Assembly: GCA_010093605.1 (NCBI GenBank)
Contig: MU004199.1
Coordinates: 1,240,001 to 1,304,000 of the forward strand
DNA from: Lophium mytilinum
Lineage: Eukaryota
DNA: 64,000 nt
Reading direction: 5' to 3'
A program made the translations under genes and the position numbers. Of the stretch, positions 13,314 to 28,243 are shown piece after piece. How positions within the stretch are numbered: the stretch's first letter is position 1; each line of letters starts with the position of its first letter. Below the pieces are notes generated by a model that saw only the letters and a program-made list of their open reading frames with translations, did not search any database and was not told the DNA's origin.

Positions 13314-14788
13314 TGTGATGATGATCCAAGTAGCGACGCTTTTAGTGCTCAAGAACAAAGGCCCCAAGAGAGTGTGGCTGCAACCAAAGAAAGCAGAGCA
13401 GGACAGTCTGAATGCAAAAGCGCTTGTATAGGAAGATTGAAAAGTGCCTAGCTGGAAGAGAAGCCCTGCACTCGAAATCTGCTGGACTACTTATACAACT
13501 AACCCGCACGTCACCCGTAAGGCTAGACGAAACGACATGTTGCACCCAGGCGCACGCTGCCGGAGTCATCAGACGGTGAGCAGGGAACACATACGCAGGT
13601 CTCACGGAAACGACCTCTGTGTTGTCGTAGGGCACTGGGGACCAGAGGCCCACGGATCGTTCGCATGGCTCCAAGGCCCAATGCAATGGATGGGGGTGGG
13701 CCGGGCCGTTTCCAGCTCCTGCACTGTTCAGTTGGCATCTTCTGGCGTCCGTCGATGATGACCTCGTTGCACTCAAGGCGGGCCAATGGCAGCCAGCAAC
13801 GAGAGGGGGGCCCTGCCCGCAGGCAAATTGCATGAATCGAAGCCGGCGGCGTGCTGGCCGATGCCTTCCCCATCGAGGCCCTCGTGGTTGAACGCGATTA
13901 GCATGGCGGCTTAAGAAGAAAAGAGAGGGGGGTGGAGAGGGACCGGGAATAGTCGAAGCATTGCACGCTGGCAGGTTAGCCAACTCACTGTGCATGAAGC
14001 TGGGTGCACGCCTTTCTACTCGACGTGTCTTAACCCTAACGCCAGATTGATCGAGCTTTTCCGAAGCACGATAAGTCGATCTCCTGCGAGAATTACTCTG
14101 CCTGCAAGCCCACTGACCCTAGCAGGGAGCGTGCACAAATCCTGACGCAGCGGGCGGCCGGGCAGTAGCCGTTTGCTCGGCGTCGGGACGGGGGCCGTGG
14201 TATGGTGATGCTTGCCGCCAATACCTTTGAGCTGAGGGAGGGCCCGCTGTGACAGCACCGGGTACCTACTTATGCTTCTCTGTTTGACATGTTGCTCAGC
14301 ATGCGGATGCCGGCAGCGTGGCGTGAGGTCTGGCGCTGGAAATGGTTAAGATGGCACAACTATCCGAAACCTGCCCAGAGCGTTCGGAGTTCTTGAGCTG
14401 TTTCATCAGAGCCAAATGCGGACGTCATAACGGCAGACGAAGTCGAGAAGAGTAAATATGTTCATCATTCGTTTCAGTTCATATGTATACGAAGTGAAAG
14501 CCGTCCTCCTTTTGTCGTAGAGCCATTAACAATATGTGATATCCCAGGTCGAAGCAAACACTCCATTTCCGATTAATCCTAAACGCCTCCGCTCCGTTGC
14601 TGTCGTGTCGACGCCCCACATATTAGATAGATTGACGAAAATGCCACGGCAAGCCGCAGCTGACGTTCCAACGAAATGAGCAGGATGCCCAGTCGCGCGA
14701 ACGGAAATATGTACGAGAATCGAATGCAGAGTTCCGCCCAGCGGGTCTGAAGTTGAGAATGCAGGTCAGTTGGTCGGCTCTCTAAGCC

Positions 14789-16152
14789 TCAACTATGCAA
14801 CGCTGATGCTTGACGACTTGGAGGTGCACGACGGTGGAAAACTTCGTCGATGAGACGCTTTGGGCCAACATATTCCATGCCCATTTTGAAGGATCCAGAG
14901 CGGATCAAGGGAATGTGTAGCTGGGTGCTTTGCTTGGTGTGGAATCGTCGCTTGATACAATCATCAACGAGAGCCATCAAGCCAGTTGCAACGACGACAC
15001 TTGGGACTGTTAGTCGGAATCATTCCCGGAGTTTGGTGGCACTTACTCAGAGATGTCAGTCATGGCATCCAGGATCCGGTCGTCGGTAATTCGCATGTAA
15101 CAAGGAGGCACCCAGCCTCCGCGAGCGGCCTCTTCGTGAGCTTGGTCAGGGGTCAGTTTGACGGGGCTGATGTGTGCTAGCGGTTGGTCGCAGTCTTCTC
15201 GGAGGAGGTGGTATGAAACGTCCTCCATGTCGCCATCCTTCTTGCACACCCGCTTCCAGCCGTAGTGATGGCCCCAGTACTCAAAGTTGTACCGTTTGTT
15301 AGACTTGGCGCCCCGTCGCTTGACTTCGATGTGAGCATAATTCGAGAACTCAAGCTTGAGAGTGTTGGTAGGCAACAGGGCACGGCCGTTCGCATGGCCG
15401 GCAGACTTGGGACGTGAGTCATCTTCGATGCCTTTCATCGACTCATAGCCCGAGTCTGATCGCTTGAGGCCTGCTGCGGTCGACGGCCGGGTGTCGGGCT
15501 TGTTCCTGAGAGTCGCAAAGGCACTGCTTGCTCGTGCCAGCACGGGCCTCTTCTCTGTCGGCGGCTTCTGGTATTTGCGGATGGAATGGCAAACCTCCCG
15601 TCCAGACTCTCGGCAATATCGACGGAGCGAGAACTCTCGGTTTCGGAGGTCGTGCATGCGCAGGTGGAAGAGGGTGTACGACTGCTTCTTGCCCCGCCGG
15701 CCCTCTAATTGAGTGTCCACGCGCAGATTCATGTTCCCGTCGATTGTCGCATCGTCATGGCGGATGGATATCCGCTTGCTCGTGGGGAACAGGTCAGCAA
15801 AGTCCTTGGGCGTGGTGGGGATGGCGTCGATGGGGAAGACCTCGTGGTTGTATTGGGGGACCTCGTACTCTGGGTAGTCGTCTTCTTCGGCCAGGTCCTC
15901 GTCTGATGTCGACGCATAGGTATCGACAGAGGCGCGGGGGAGGTACGGTGGTAGCCTGGAATAGTCGGTGGCCCAGGTGTCGGCTCGATCTTTCACGCGG
16001 CCATTGGAGGTATCAGACTGTGTGTAGGTCTCGCGGTAACTGTATTCTGTGGGTGCAGTACTCCTCGGATTCGACGTGGTCTCGCTGCGTGCTGAGTTGT
16101 TGGCGCTGCTGTCGCTGGCGTGGTTCTCGCGCCACTGTATGGGTTGCGGCAT
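14789..16152 (-). CDS. Conserved fungal hypothetical protein; exons 16152-15047, 14999-14789
   Basis: 369-aa ORF with conserved-looking core IRHDDATIDGNMNLRVDT...LFHLRMHDL..REFSLRRYCRESGREVCHS. Intron GTAAGT...ACTAAC...AAG joins in frame to DVVVATGLMALVDDCIKRRF...*. Confidence 0.85.
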
Positions 16153-19100
16153 GATTACAATGATATAGATGTGAAGTGCAAGGCAGAGCTAAATGCAATT
16201 AAAGTATGGTGATGGAAATGGTGCGAGGGGCAGGGCATGCGGAGAGACACGGGTGGTGGAGTATATGTAGCAGCGAGGGAGTCAAAAGTAATGGGGCGAG
16301 GATCGGGCGAGCAATGCAGGCGGTATTTGTGGCGGAGTTGCAGAAGGTCTATAGGGCTCGAGAATGGACGGGGCGGAAGAATTTGCGCGCAACGGGCTTG
16401 GGAGAGGCCAGTGGGAGCGTGGTGGAGAGGTGGGGAGAGCGATTTGCGAGGCGTGGGATGTATGGGATGTATGGATGGGATATCGGAGTCGGATGGGATG
16501 CACGCCTTTCTAGCCATGGCCCATGGCGGACCGGGCGGTCGAGGGCCTGTCTTTCACACCACGGCAGCGCAGCACTTGCCGCGTCCGGCCTGGCTGACAC
16601 GGACGTTGTCGAATTACATTTGCTGCGGCGTCGGCCAATGCACCCAGCCTCCAAGGGCTCCATCATCGACAGCGCTCCCCGATCCTGTGCTGAGCGCCAG
16701 CCCGGCGAATCAACCCCCTCCGCACCCCTCCACCGCCGCAGCCGTTGACTCGAGGCCGAAGCCGCCAAAAACAGTGTGGCAGGCAGAAGGCGGCGGTTTG
16801 AACGAGCTGGAGCGCATCGCCGTGCCCGAGGCTGAGGCGGGCGTCGATATGTTTAGGCGGCCTGCTGTCGCTTCACTATTCTTGTCTGGACGGCTTCTGG
16901 AGGACGTGGACGTCGGCAGACCCATCCCACGGCGAGAGCAGGAGGCCTCACAGCCTTGGTGCCCGCTCCGTCGCCCGATTCCGTCGCGCCTCTTCCCGTT
17001 GCGCCGTTCCTCCATGGGCTCCATGTGCCCTCGCTTTCCGTCCGTCGACAAGGCAGCTGATCCCGACGAGTGACACCACAGAGAAGACGAGGACGACTCT
17101 CCAGCACATGTGCAGCCCGACGTCACCATCCTCCTGCTTTACTGCTCCAATTCACCCTCGTTGTGCCTCCCATTCGCCGTCTATCAGACGTAGCGCCGTC
17201 GATTTCAGCAGTGCATCGATGTGGACGGCGCATCGATTGTTGCTGCAGTCATACCGTGCCTGTTGGCTCACCGTCAGCCTTCTATTTTCATTTGTGGCTG
17301 AGAGGCAGTTGAGATCCGATGCCTCCACCATGCAAGTCGCATCACATCCCCGCCTCGCAGGACCGCATCAGCAAACCTCTCAGCCCCCTGAACATGCTAA
17401 ACTCGACCACAGGCTGAATCCAGCGCCGTCCGAGCATCGTGCTTGGCTCCGCCGCTGGTTTGGCCGCGGGACAAGCTCCATGCATCGCCTCACCCTTTGG
17501 GAAACGACGCCGATGCTGATCCAGCACGACGCAGCACGACGAGGCCAGCGAAAGGGCAGCAAAAGCCTTCTCCGCGCGGAGGCCTTGTGCTCTGCAGGTC
17601 CAGACTGTTGCTCACAACTGGTGATCCGTCTTGCCTGATTCGGAAATCCACCCAACGTCAACATCACTCCTTTCTCCTATCCTTTCCTCGTCGCAGATCT
17701 GTGCAGTCCTCATTTTCAAGCCTCATTGTGTCCTTCATCGCTGTTCCACGCCGTTGATTATGTTTCATTTGCCTCCATCTCCATTCTCATCTGCCCCGGT
17801 TCCCTGGCCAATCACAGCGTAGAACGTGTTGAATTCACACATGAGGCGACGGGTGCGCTGTAAAACCCCAACAGCAGCGAACACGTCCAGGCGCCGCTGT
17901 GGTGTCATCTCCACCCCCTTCTAGCTTGAACTCAACCGTCGGCCGTATTGTGCTCATCCTTCGCGATCCGCTAGTCTCCCGCAGTACCCGTATTCCCGTG
18001 CTAGTATTCCATGTGCGAGAAGCTCCACTTCATCCCCCACGCCGTTGACGCCTCTGGCGATGGACTAGACAGCTGCAAGCCGGGTCTCGGGCCTTGGACA
18101 AAGTATGGGATGCTTGCGGCTTCGACCTTCCCTCGGAACGGAGCCGAGATGATTACACCATCAGCGCTGGCCGTGATTGATCCACTTCGACCAAACACAT
18201 CGACACGATAACCATGCCTGCTTGGGCAGTAACGGCCACTCAAGGCAACGAAGTTTACTCGATACAATGTCGTCAAGCGCACGCTGGTCCTTTTCCCTCC
18301 AGCTAGTGGCGGCTGTGCAACCTGACTCCTCTCGTCTTCTATCATTACGTATCCCTCAACGAGTGATGCTTTAGTCTCCCAAGTAATGGGACTGTAGCAG
18401 GACGCGTTGTTCAACTTCGCCACTTGATAATCTCTTCCAAGATCTCCTCCTGCCCCTTTACTGATATGCGTAGACATTAATCTCTTTAGTCTTAAGGATC
18501 AAGCGCCTGCCGTCTCGAGTCGATCATTGCCTTCCTCTGCTCGATCTGAAGCACATCTGCGGGGAAACGGCTGCCTGCGACTCCTTACCTGACCCAGCCT
18601 CAAGGAGCCAAGCCGGTCCCGAAAGTGCAGACCTCCTCTGGGCATGCTGCAGTCCAGCCACCTTCCCCAGCTTCCGCTGCATCTGCATTCTGATCATCAC
18701 GCGCTTCGACATGCCTCGAAAATCCTCTCAACCCGGTCCATCGCATTGGTGCGATCCCGCCAACCCTGTTAGAGTTAAGTTCATTAGGTGCTCTACATGC
18801 AGCCTAGAAGCAAGCGCAACAGGCGACACATAGTGGTGAGAGATAACTCGGCAGGATTAGTCGGCAGGACGATGATTGGGAGTATTCGATGGGTTTTCCC
18901 TCATTTTCTTCCGCATCGCCATTTTCCCTCCCGCTTGTCGAGCCATTTTCACGGTTGTCTAAAGTCACGTGTTTTACGCGAAATAACTTCGCATCCACCT
19001 AACTCCTCGTCGAGCCATCGAAAACGTACTTTGTCACCACCTCGTTCGTAAGACAGTGTAGGCTACTAATCATATGGGTGTCGCGACGGTGGCGAGGATA

Positions 19101-21738
19101 CCACTACATAGTGCTCTATTCGTTTCCTATCGAACCCCACTTGGCATCAGTTTCGTTACCCTAAGCATGGCCGAGAAGCCCGGACTCTTACGCGGCGTCT
19201 GACCCTCGCCGCTCAATCTACGCTGTCCTAGGTCAGGTAGCTCCAAGGAATGTGCGTGGAAAGGCTCATCGGAGCCGTCCAAGCGGCGAGAGGCCGACAT
19301 TCGCGCCATTTGAAGCACTCAGCCTCATTTTCCACGACCTGTAATTTGATATTTCGCTTTGCAAACAAATCCGCATTTGTATCTGCCCTCCTCAATGCTG
19401 TAATGGCAAAATAGCCCATGGACGCGTCATGGGCAAACCTTGTGGGCAAACTTCATTCGTGGCTTGTGGCGCAGCATGAAGGAAGAACGCAATGGATATT
19501 GAACTTCTCGCTCCGGTTATACGATGATCGCCTATCTTCTCCACAATCTGCATTGCCTAATCCATATGAGATGATCCTTGATCGCCGAGAACGGCAACCC
19601 TACGCTCTTCTGAAGCCGGACTACTTGCTCCAGTATCGATCACCAACCTCAACGACCACGATGTCGTCCCAAAATGCTACTTACAGCACACACAGCTATC
19701 ACAATCATCCCGAAACACCACACCCACGTCTATGAATTCCCTCATCCACACATCCCACATCGCCTTCCTCCCGCTCATAGACAAGCCCGATCCCAGGGAC
19801 TTTGCCGATCAACGCAGGTACGTGCACAACGACCACGATGTCCCTCGCACCGAGTTCTCGCCCGAGGGGCTGCTTGCGCCGTTACGGCCGGTGGTGGAGG
19901 CGATGTGTCGCAATTCAGCACTGACGCCATCGCGCATATCTTCCCCGTGTTGTAGCTCCCGTTCGGGCACTAGTGCTGGGTTCCAGAATGCGCAACTTGG
20001 CGCGGAGGGTCGGGCGATGCCGGGGTCGGGAGCCAGCGATGGCGAGACTTTTCACGCCACTCTGGGGACCACATCTAATTGTGAGGATGGGGGTTTCGGG
20101 CCTCGATCGAGCTGCTCGTTTTGGCCTTGGAAGTCGTGATACAAGCGAAAATTCGTGATGAATGGATGATTCTTGGGTCTGAGGATGGCGGACCGTGGTC
20201 GCACCACCTCAACGGCTGCCATCAGTCTGTCATTGTCACCCCCACCCGTCTTCGTAACGTTCCATCGCATCGCAACTGCTTGTCACGTCTCGATCCATCG
20301 AATTTTCTCACAGTTCGACGCTGACGCTGTGATGCTCCCCCGCGAGCGAGCGCTCCCAGGGTTCAGCTGTGCTTACCTATCCAACCACCGAAGTCCGCAG
20401 CGAAGTCTTCAAAACACCTTTCGCAACGACACCGCAACAACTCCATCGCACGCCATCAAACTCCATCCGCAGCGTCATTCTAAAAAGCAGCCGTCTCCGT
20501 ATCGGCACGCCGACGACCGAAGTCGGCGGTGAAAGCATGAAACCTGACCGATATCCTTTCTCGACGCCAGGACGCGCTTCGGAGCCGCGAGCGGTGACGC
20601 TGACACCCATCCATCAGCCAGCATGCCCTCGCCCATCGCAGTTCGCAATGAAATGCCCAGCTAGGTAGGTAGGCGAGCGCGCTACCCACCTCATCTGCAT
20701 CCACATCTGCATTCATTCTCCAAGCACTTCCTTTTCTTAGCTCGCGGGGGGTTTCGAGTTCCACGTCTTCAATCTCAGCGGAAGCGGTGTACCTGACCGC
20801 TTAAACCCTATCCACCTACCCCGTCTCGGCTGTTTCTCCTAGATCATATCTATATATCTATTCCATTATCGAGACTTCATCGTTTCAGCTTTTGCTTTTT
20901 CCGTAAATGTCTCAATGCTACGTGGCCAATGTCTCACTACTCTCGTGCTCTTCACGTGCTCGGTTGCTGTAGGCGGGTGATCTGTTCGGGTGACTACCTC
21001 TCTATGTAGCTCTGGTAAGATAACGGGATGCGCAACAGCAGATGCTAGCTACACGCTGTGAAAGGAGCAGGGTCCAAATCGTCGGCGTCGCTAGGGCCTG
21101 CTCGTTCAAATTTCGTTTTCGCCACTTGTTTTGATCCGTATGCATGACCCTCCCCGACTGGGGCCGTAGGTAGTAGATAGCGATGCCTCATGGAGTCGCC
21201 CAGCTATCAACTAGCGTGGTGAAACATTGCTTGCTTTACGCATGATGTATGTACATAGTGCAAAAACGTGTCGAAGTCGTCATTGGCAAAGCGACACATA
21301 GCCCGTTCACGAAACAGCAAGCATCGCATGCGTGTGTGGCAACAAGCGAGAAGAAGTCAGTTTGAGCTATAGGAAGAGTCGAGCTTTAGGCTATAAAAAG
21401 AGTTGAGTTTGTTGAGATAGGTATCAAACTAGGTAGAGTGGAGGTGATAACAAAGCCATCCACCGGAAATCTGTCCACAGGTAATCATCAATCGTTACTT
21501 CCCTTCTCAAAGGAGCTTCTCCCAGTCGGTAGAATAGCAAGTTGTGGTCTTCTTGAGACAAAAGCAGTGAAGTAGAAACCATAAAGATACCACAAGCCGT
21601 AAGTATGAACACCTTGTTGTAATGCTCTTTCGAGTAGAGAGTCAGTCGTTCCGAGTGTCAACTCATCACCCTCTGTCCCATTGATTGGCTGTCAAAGCCT
21701 GTCACCTTTCCAAGGGTGAAGTAGTAGCTCCATGTCTG

Positions 21739-23489
21739 CTAGTGAGAAGCTGCTGCACTCAGAAAGTCCTGGCGTTCCTTAGTGTCTTTAGCCTCAGCTT
21801 CGAGCCAATTGGAGATGATGGCAGCCTTGCGCTCTTCGCTTCTCGGTTCGAACACCATCTCGAATGGCAGCGGCTTCGTGATAACCTCGGAGGACGTCTT
21901 CAACGAGATGGGAATATTGGCGCCGGTAACCGGGTGCGTCTTGTGTTTGGCATTGAACGCCCATAGGAGCCCTCCGCAGAGAACGATAAGCGCATCTTGA
22001 GTGAGGGTTTGCCCGAGGCAAGTCCGAATGCCCCAACCAAAAGAGGACATTCCCTTGATCGTCGGGAATTCAGTAAGAGGCTCCTTGTAGGTTGGCCACT
22101 CCGGCTCCAGGAAGCGCTCCGGGTGGTAATTTTCAGCATCTGGGTACTTGGTCTCGTTGCGCATCATAGCCCTGAAGCAATGTTAGAGGATTCTGGAAGG
22201 GCCGTTGGTGTAACTTACCAGTCAAGTGGAAGAACTCGCGTTCCCTTCGAAATGAAGCCGCCGCGGTAGTAGTCGTCAGCTTCAAGCTCGTGCGCAACAC
22301 CTGTCTGAAGTTAGTATACACTCCGTGCTCATACAAAGTTACTTACCGGCTGGCACAGGCGATCTCCATCGCATAGTCTCCTTGATACAGGCGCGAAGGA
22401 CCGGAAGATTACGATAGTCGCTGAGAGTTGGTGGCCGACCTTCACATTCGCGGTCAATCTCCTCCTGGCACTTGGCCATCCACTCCGGATGAGTGATCAT
22501 TGCCGTCAAGAAGTATTGGGCGGGTCCGCCGACCGTATACACGCCCACCAACGCGAGCATGCCGATAGCAGAATGGGCCTCGAAGTCGCCCTGGAGGGGG
22601 GACTTCTCCCCGAGATCCAGATACTGTCTGGCCCAGCACGGTCGCAACTGTCCCGCTTGCCATTTCTCTCTTGCGCCGTTCAACAGATCCATCCAGAAGG
22701 TCTGTTGTATGCCTCGTCGGACATATTCGCTTCGCTTCCAGGGGTTGAGGAGGAGAGGCAAGCGCCAGAGCGGTGTCACGAGATTTGTAAGTGGGCCATT
22801 CGGCGACATCTGGCGAAGTAGATTCCATGCACTCAACCGCATCTCAGGGCTGGGGCTGGGATCATCGTAGGCAAGCGTGCACATAATCTTGGAATTCGCG
22901 TTCTCGATGTGGAAGCTGAAATTGTCCGGGTCGCCAAGGAGAATGAAAAGCAGGTGCTTGTATTCGAAGTCCATGATTCCCTTGTATTGGGTGGCAGCAG
23001 CCTGCATCAAGAACGAGTGGGCCCATTTGCGCTGGCGAGCCCAGGCTTCTGCAGCTGACATTAGCACAGGTTTCGAGACTTCGCTCTGGGGAACCACTTA
23101 CCGTTCCTACCCATGAGCGGCAGATACGATAGCATACCGTGGTTGCTCTTCGAGTCGATGAGAGATGGCACGATAGGCCTGTCTGAGTATTTCTTCGACC
23201 GCTTCACGAAGAGCTCTTCTGCGATGGACTCATCCGAGATGACGACGAAGTTCCATCCGATCATTTGCGTCTTGTAGATGCCACCATACTTGTCGGCCCA
23301 TTCTTTGAGCTTGAGCCAGAAACACTCAGGTGGCAGGTCGTGAATACGGCCGATGTAGGGAACCAGACCCGGGCCCGGGAACCCCCATGGATTGCTTGTC
23401 TTGTTCCAACGACGGTATGCTTCGACAGTAGTCACGAGTGCAAAGGCACAGAGAGCCAAGGCCACTACTACGATGCTCAGGGACATCAT
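21739..23489 (-). CDS. Cytochrome P450 monooxygenase; exons 23489-23102, 23048-22347, 22300-22219, 22171-21739
   Basis: N-terminal TM anchor, PGP hinge, ExxR (KETMRW), PERF (YHPERF) and heme motif FGWGIRTCLG. Three GTAAGT...CAG introns restore the frame. Confidence 0.95.
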
Positions 23490-26009
23490 GCTGGGTGAGG
23501 GTTTGAGAGGAGTCGTGAGTTACGGATGAAAAGAGGACGTGATGAAAAGGTGAAAACTCTGGTGAAGGGGCTGCTCGGGTGGCGTGTGAGTGTGCCAGCT
23601 GGATGCACCAAGCTGGCGAGAATGAACGTCAGTGATCTGCATCTCGAGGAGAGACGACGCCAGGGGAGAACATGGAAGGGACTTACTTAGGGCTGCGGAT
23701 GGCAGAGGATGGACTTGAAGACGTTGTTCAGGGGAGGCAGAAGAGGTAGGAGAAGGATGAAAGGAGACCTATGACTGACGAGGAAGCAGGAAGCCAACGG
23801 GGCCGGGGCGAGGGATGACGGTCAAGTGACGACCAGCGGTGAGCTGCGATTACCGCAAGTGCCCGCTCGAGCTCTTCGCCGCTGGAGATGATAGAGCAAT
23901 CTTCAAATGTTAGAAGGTTGAAGGAAGTCGACACCTGATCAAGGTTGGAATCTACTGTGCCAAGACGTTGGGTCGCTCTTGCCCGCTTCACCATCTTTGC
24001 AACAACCAGAAAGAATGTTGCGTGTATGATCTTGAACGGCCTGTGGACGTATCGGGGCACTCAAACGTCGCCGCGTATCTGCGGGAAGGGGTGAGGTATG
24101 ATATGCAGCCTGTGCTTGGTGAAAGCTTGGAAATGGGGCAGCTGTTCTATATGGATGCTTTTCAGCTTCGTTCAGCAGGCCCCCTTAGACCTTTCCCGAA
24201 GTGCGCTCAAGGGTTTCAAGGCATCCGATGGGTTACAAGCTACTGTAAACTGACACAGTAACTATGCCCTCCGGCGACGCCCAGCATGCAATGTTTAGAC
24301 GTGCTATGTGCCGCTACATGTTGGCCAGTTCTTGAGGTGATGAATCTTGCGCTCTCTGGAATTCTGGAGAGATTGAAAGCACTTCGAGCAAGTATGTCAC
24401 CCCTTAGATACGCCTAGTATCTGACTAAATGCGAGCAACCTGCTGATATTGAAAGCTGGTCTCTTAACAGTACCACTTCCATTCGCGACTAGGAGCTAGC
24501 AAGACTGGGTCTGCAAGTTCCCGATATAGGGGAACCAAACTGTAGTCGATTTAGAGATTCGAGCCAACGAGACTCGGGCGCCAACGAGACTCGGGCGACA
24601 TTGACGCTGATTGTTTGGATGGGAATGGTTTCAATCCTGAGACTGGGATTGAAGTGCTCCAAACAACGGTACAAAGAGACACAGTCTATGAAGTCGGAGG
24701 TCCTCTAGACCCCTATGATTTTGGCAACAAATCGATTATGTCAAGGTCAGAAGAGTTGCGTTGAGCAAACAAACACGGTGAGAAATTTTGCGACTCTCCG
24801 ACTCCCAAAGCGGTAAGCGAAATCATGTCCTACCTATCTTGCATCATTTTGCCACCACTTCTTTGGTAGGTTGGCGGAGTGAGCATGCAGGAAAAAGCCT
24901 CAACGTAGGTCTAAATGCGAGTTTTCCACTGCATGTTTATTTGCACTCCAGTCTTTACGCAATTACAACCACACCGTCCAGAGGAGCCTGCTAATTTTAC
25001 TGACCGTTCAAAACGGTATAGTGGCACTCATTAAGTCTGGATACACTGCTTCGGCACTGCTTAGGGTCCCGCCGCAGGATTCGAAGAACTCAAAGGCGAT
25101 GTCGAATTTCAAACAGTGTAATTCAGACTGCCTGTTGACTAAATGGCTGCTCAGCAGCCAGGCTACCCCTTGAATTGGTGTCGAGTAAGCAACGATGGAG
25201 CCAAGCAGTGACATATTCATGTGCCCAGGCTTATAGTCTAGTGCAAGAGGGTATGTTCTTTCTTTGTGTCTTGAAAATGCATTGAAGCACCTCGTGCAGT
25301 GGCAGAAGGGGATACACGATCATCACTCCATAAGATGTTGCAACGTCGTTCTCACATCTCGTAGGCATCAAACCAGTGGAATGGCATTCCTCCTCTCTCA
25401 TATCAAGATGCCGTTGTTTGACGTGACCCACGGGGTTTGCTGATTGTCCAAAACGGTTAATTTGGAACAGTCTTCCATTTGACAAAATGCCGTGAAGCAC
25501 CTCAAACAGTGGCACAGAAGTGTACACAGACTACGTGTTTTGTCAATCATTTCGTCAACAATCTGTGATCAATCTTTTGACACTGTTTGAGGTGCTTCAC
25601 TGCGTTCATGAAATCTGGCGAACTGGTTTACATGCTCAGTCTGTGTACAACCCAGTGCCGCTGTCCGAGGCGCCACAGCGAGTCTACTGATGCCTCCAAG
25701 CCTTGACTTTGCAATTCTGGAAATGCCTTGAAGGAACTCAGCCAGCGTCAATGACATGTAAGCATCTGGTGAAGAGTGAGTGAAAGGAGCCGAGGATCGG
25801 AGGCCTGTGATTGGTCGAGCGGTCACCTGCCCCAAATCAGAATGCAGCAGCGACGACTTTGACGACGACTTCGGTCCTACGCTCCACCTCAAACACTACC
25901 GTGTCTTCTGCAGCCTCCAACCCCATCAACTCACCCTCTATTCCTGCTCTCTCTACTGTCTACAAATCCTTCCAGTTTCGACCCTGAATCAAACCTCCCC
26001 ATTATCAAC

Positions 26010-27590
26010 ATGACCAGCCCACTCGCTGGCACCGGGTCCCTCATGGACTTCAAGCCGCTGGGATCCTATCCAAAGACCGGCATCAATGTCCTCATCGTCG
26101 GTCAGGGCTTGGCTGGATTGACTGCGGCTCTGGAGTGCGTTCGCAAGGGCCACGACGTGACTCTACTTGAGCGCAGCCCGACCTACAACTCTGCGGGTAC
26201 GTTAAACCCTCTATGGCCAGTCTGGCGGCGCTAACCCGGTGCACACACAGGCGATATGTTCTTCATGGGTCTCAGCGCCACCCGTTTCCTCGAGCATTGG
26301 CCTAAGCTCATGGAGGAGTACAATTCCTTCTCCCTTAGCAACGCATGGCTGGAACTTCGCACACACACTGGCGCCGTCCTTGGCCCACCTATGCCTGTCA
26401 CTAAAATCCAAGCTCCTGGCCTCAATGCTGGCGTTCCGCCAGGCAAGTTCCAGATGCGTCCTCTTATCTACCGGATGCTGGTGGATGAGGCTGAGCGAAT
26501 CGGCGTCAAGACTGTCTACAACGCTCGGGTGGTCGATTACTTTGAGGACGAGAACAGTGCTGGAGCCGTCACCGAAGACGGAACTCGCTACACTGCCGAC
26601 GTGGTCATTGCTGCCGACGGCGTTGGATCCAAGTCGCAAAAGATTGTCGGTGGCCAGGTTCGGGCTCAGCCTTCCGGCAGGGCTATGTGGCGCGCTGCCT
26701 TCCCACGCGAAGTCTTGGACGAGCATCCAGAGGTCAAAGACTTCATTCCCTTAAAGGATGGCCAGCCCGTCGTCCGCACCTGGGTAGGACCCTCTACCTA
26801 TGCTATGACCGCTACTCAGGAAGACTTGATTATCTGGACCATGAATCACGATGTTACCGGCTCTGAATCTGAATCGTGGAACGACACCATTGAAGCGGAA
26901 GAGGTCGTCAAGGAGATGGACAAACTCATTGGTCCTCTCAGGTGGGCTCCGCTACTCCGGGAACTTGTCAAGTGCACGCCCTCGAAATCAATCGTCAACT
27001 TTGACCTTCTCTGGCGCGATCCACAGCCGACGTGGTCCTCAACCACTGGTCGCGTCGTGCAAATTGGTGATGCTGCGCACTCCTATCTGCCGGCCTCTGC
27101 CAGCGGAGGTACGCAAGCTATTGAGGATGCAGTCCACCTTGCCTCCTGCCTGCAGATTGGAGGCAGCAAGGAGAATGTCCCCCAGTCCGTCGACGTCCAC
27201 TGCTACCTTCGGTAAGTTCAAGCCCTTTGCAGAGTAATGCGGTTATTGACCTAATGTAGCTTCATCCGCAATGCATGTGCTCAGAAGATGGGATTCGCCA
27301 ACGCTGAATTGATGCAAAATACCAAGCTGGACGAGGCCAAGATAGACCCTCAAAAAGCGCGTCCGAGGCTGGCGAAGTGGGTCTACTTTCACGATCCCGA
27401 GGCCTATGCCTACGAGAACTACGAAAAGGCCGTCTCGGGCATCAAGCAGGGTATTCCTCAGGACGAGAACCTTGAAATCGAGCCCAACTTTCCAAAGGGG
27501 TACAGATACGATGCTTGGAGCATTGAGGACATCCAGGAGGATAAGAAGAACGGCAAGCCGCTCAATCTGGGCGCTGGAGATTGGGAGTAG
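26010..27590 (+). CDS. FAD-dependent monooxygenase (FAD_binding_3; MAK1/salicylate hydroxylase-like); exons 26010-26196, 26251-27211, 27260-27590
   Basis: GxGxxG (IVGQGLAG), DG motif (AADGVGS) and GD motif (QIGDAAHSYLPASASGGTQAIED). Canonical introns. Confidence 0.95.
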
Positions 27591-28243
27591 GCCAATCTGT
27601 AGCACGATATCGACTGCAAATGAGCTTGTGGGTAGTGCGATCTGATTCTGGGGGTGGAGGTGGCTGGGGGGCCCACCGGGCTCTATAAGTAGCCGAAAAA
27701 CCAATGAGAATTCTCTTCTATTTGAAAGGCGTGCCATGCCTCCAAGATATGATGTGCGCTTCGATAGTATCGCTACTGTGTTAGCGGCGTCAGGGGTGGC
27801 CCTATGAAGCCTTTTCAAGAAACATGAAAGTCAAGAGCAGCGGGATTCAGATCAAGTCGAAGAAAATGGCAAGTTCTCCGCCACGATTCCGCCGTGGGCA
27901 GTGGCTCAGGGGGGCGAGAGAAAGTTGATGGCTGGATGTCACAAACCAAAGCGCCCAGATTGGCTAGGTGGAATATGCAGCTTAGTCACGGGCCTATCAA
28001 GACATGGACGGATATCCCCGAGCTGCTCAAGTGCATGTCATATTGCTCCCGACGAAGCCACGATTCCGTTCCTACAAGCATTAATAGTATCCTCATTCAC
28101 CACTCTACCCATATTTCTAGACGCGGCTTGTCTTGTGGCCACGCTCCTTCACCGCGAGTACTAACGTAGCCGGACGGCTCCTGGTACAACTTCTCCACTA
28201 CACACAACACTCCCGTGCCACAAACACCATTTCGCGATTGAAC

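Noticed and set aside
16155..17760. Long overlapping ORFs upstream of the conserved hypothetical gene
   Set aside because: Composition is typical of GC-rich promoter/5'UTR and no motifs are present.
19660..20330. Possible + strand gene
   Set aside because: Frames are discontinuous, with no consistent splice model or recognisable family.
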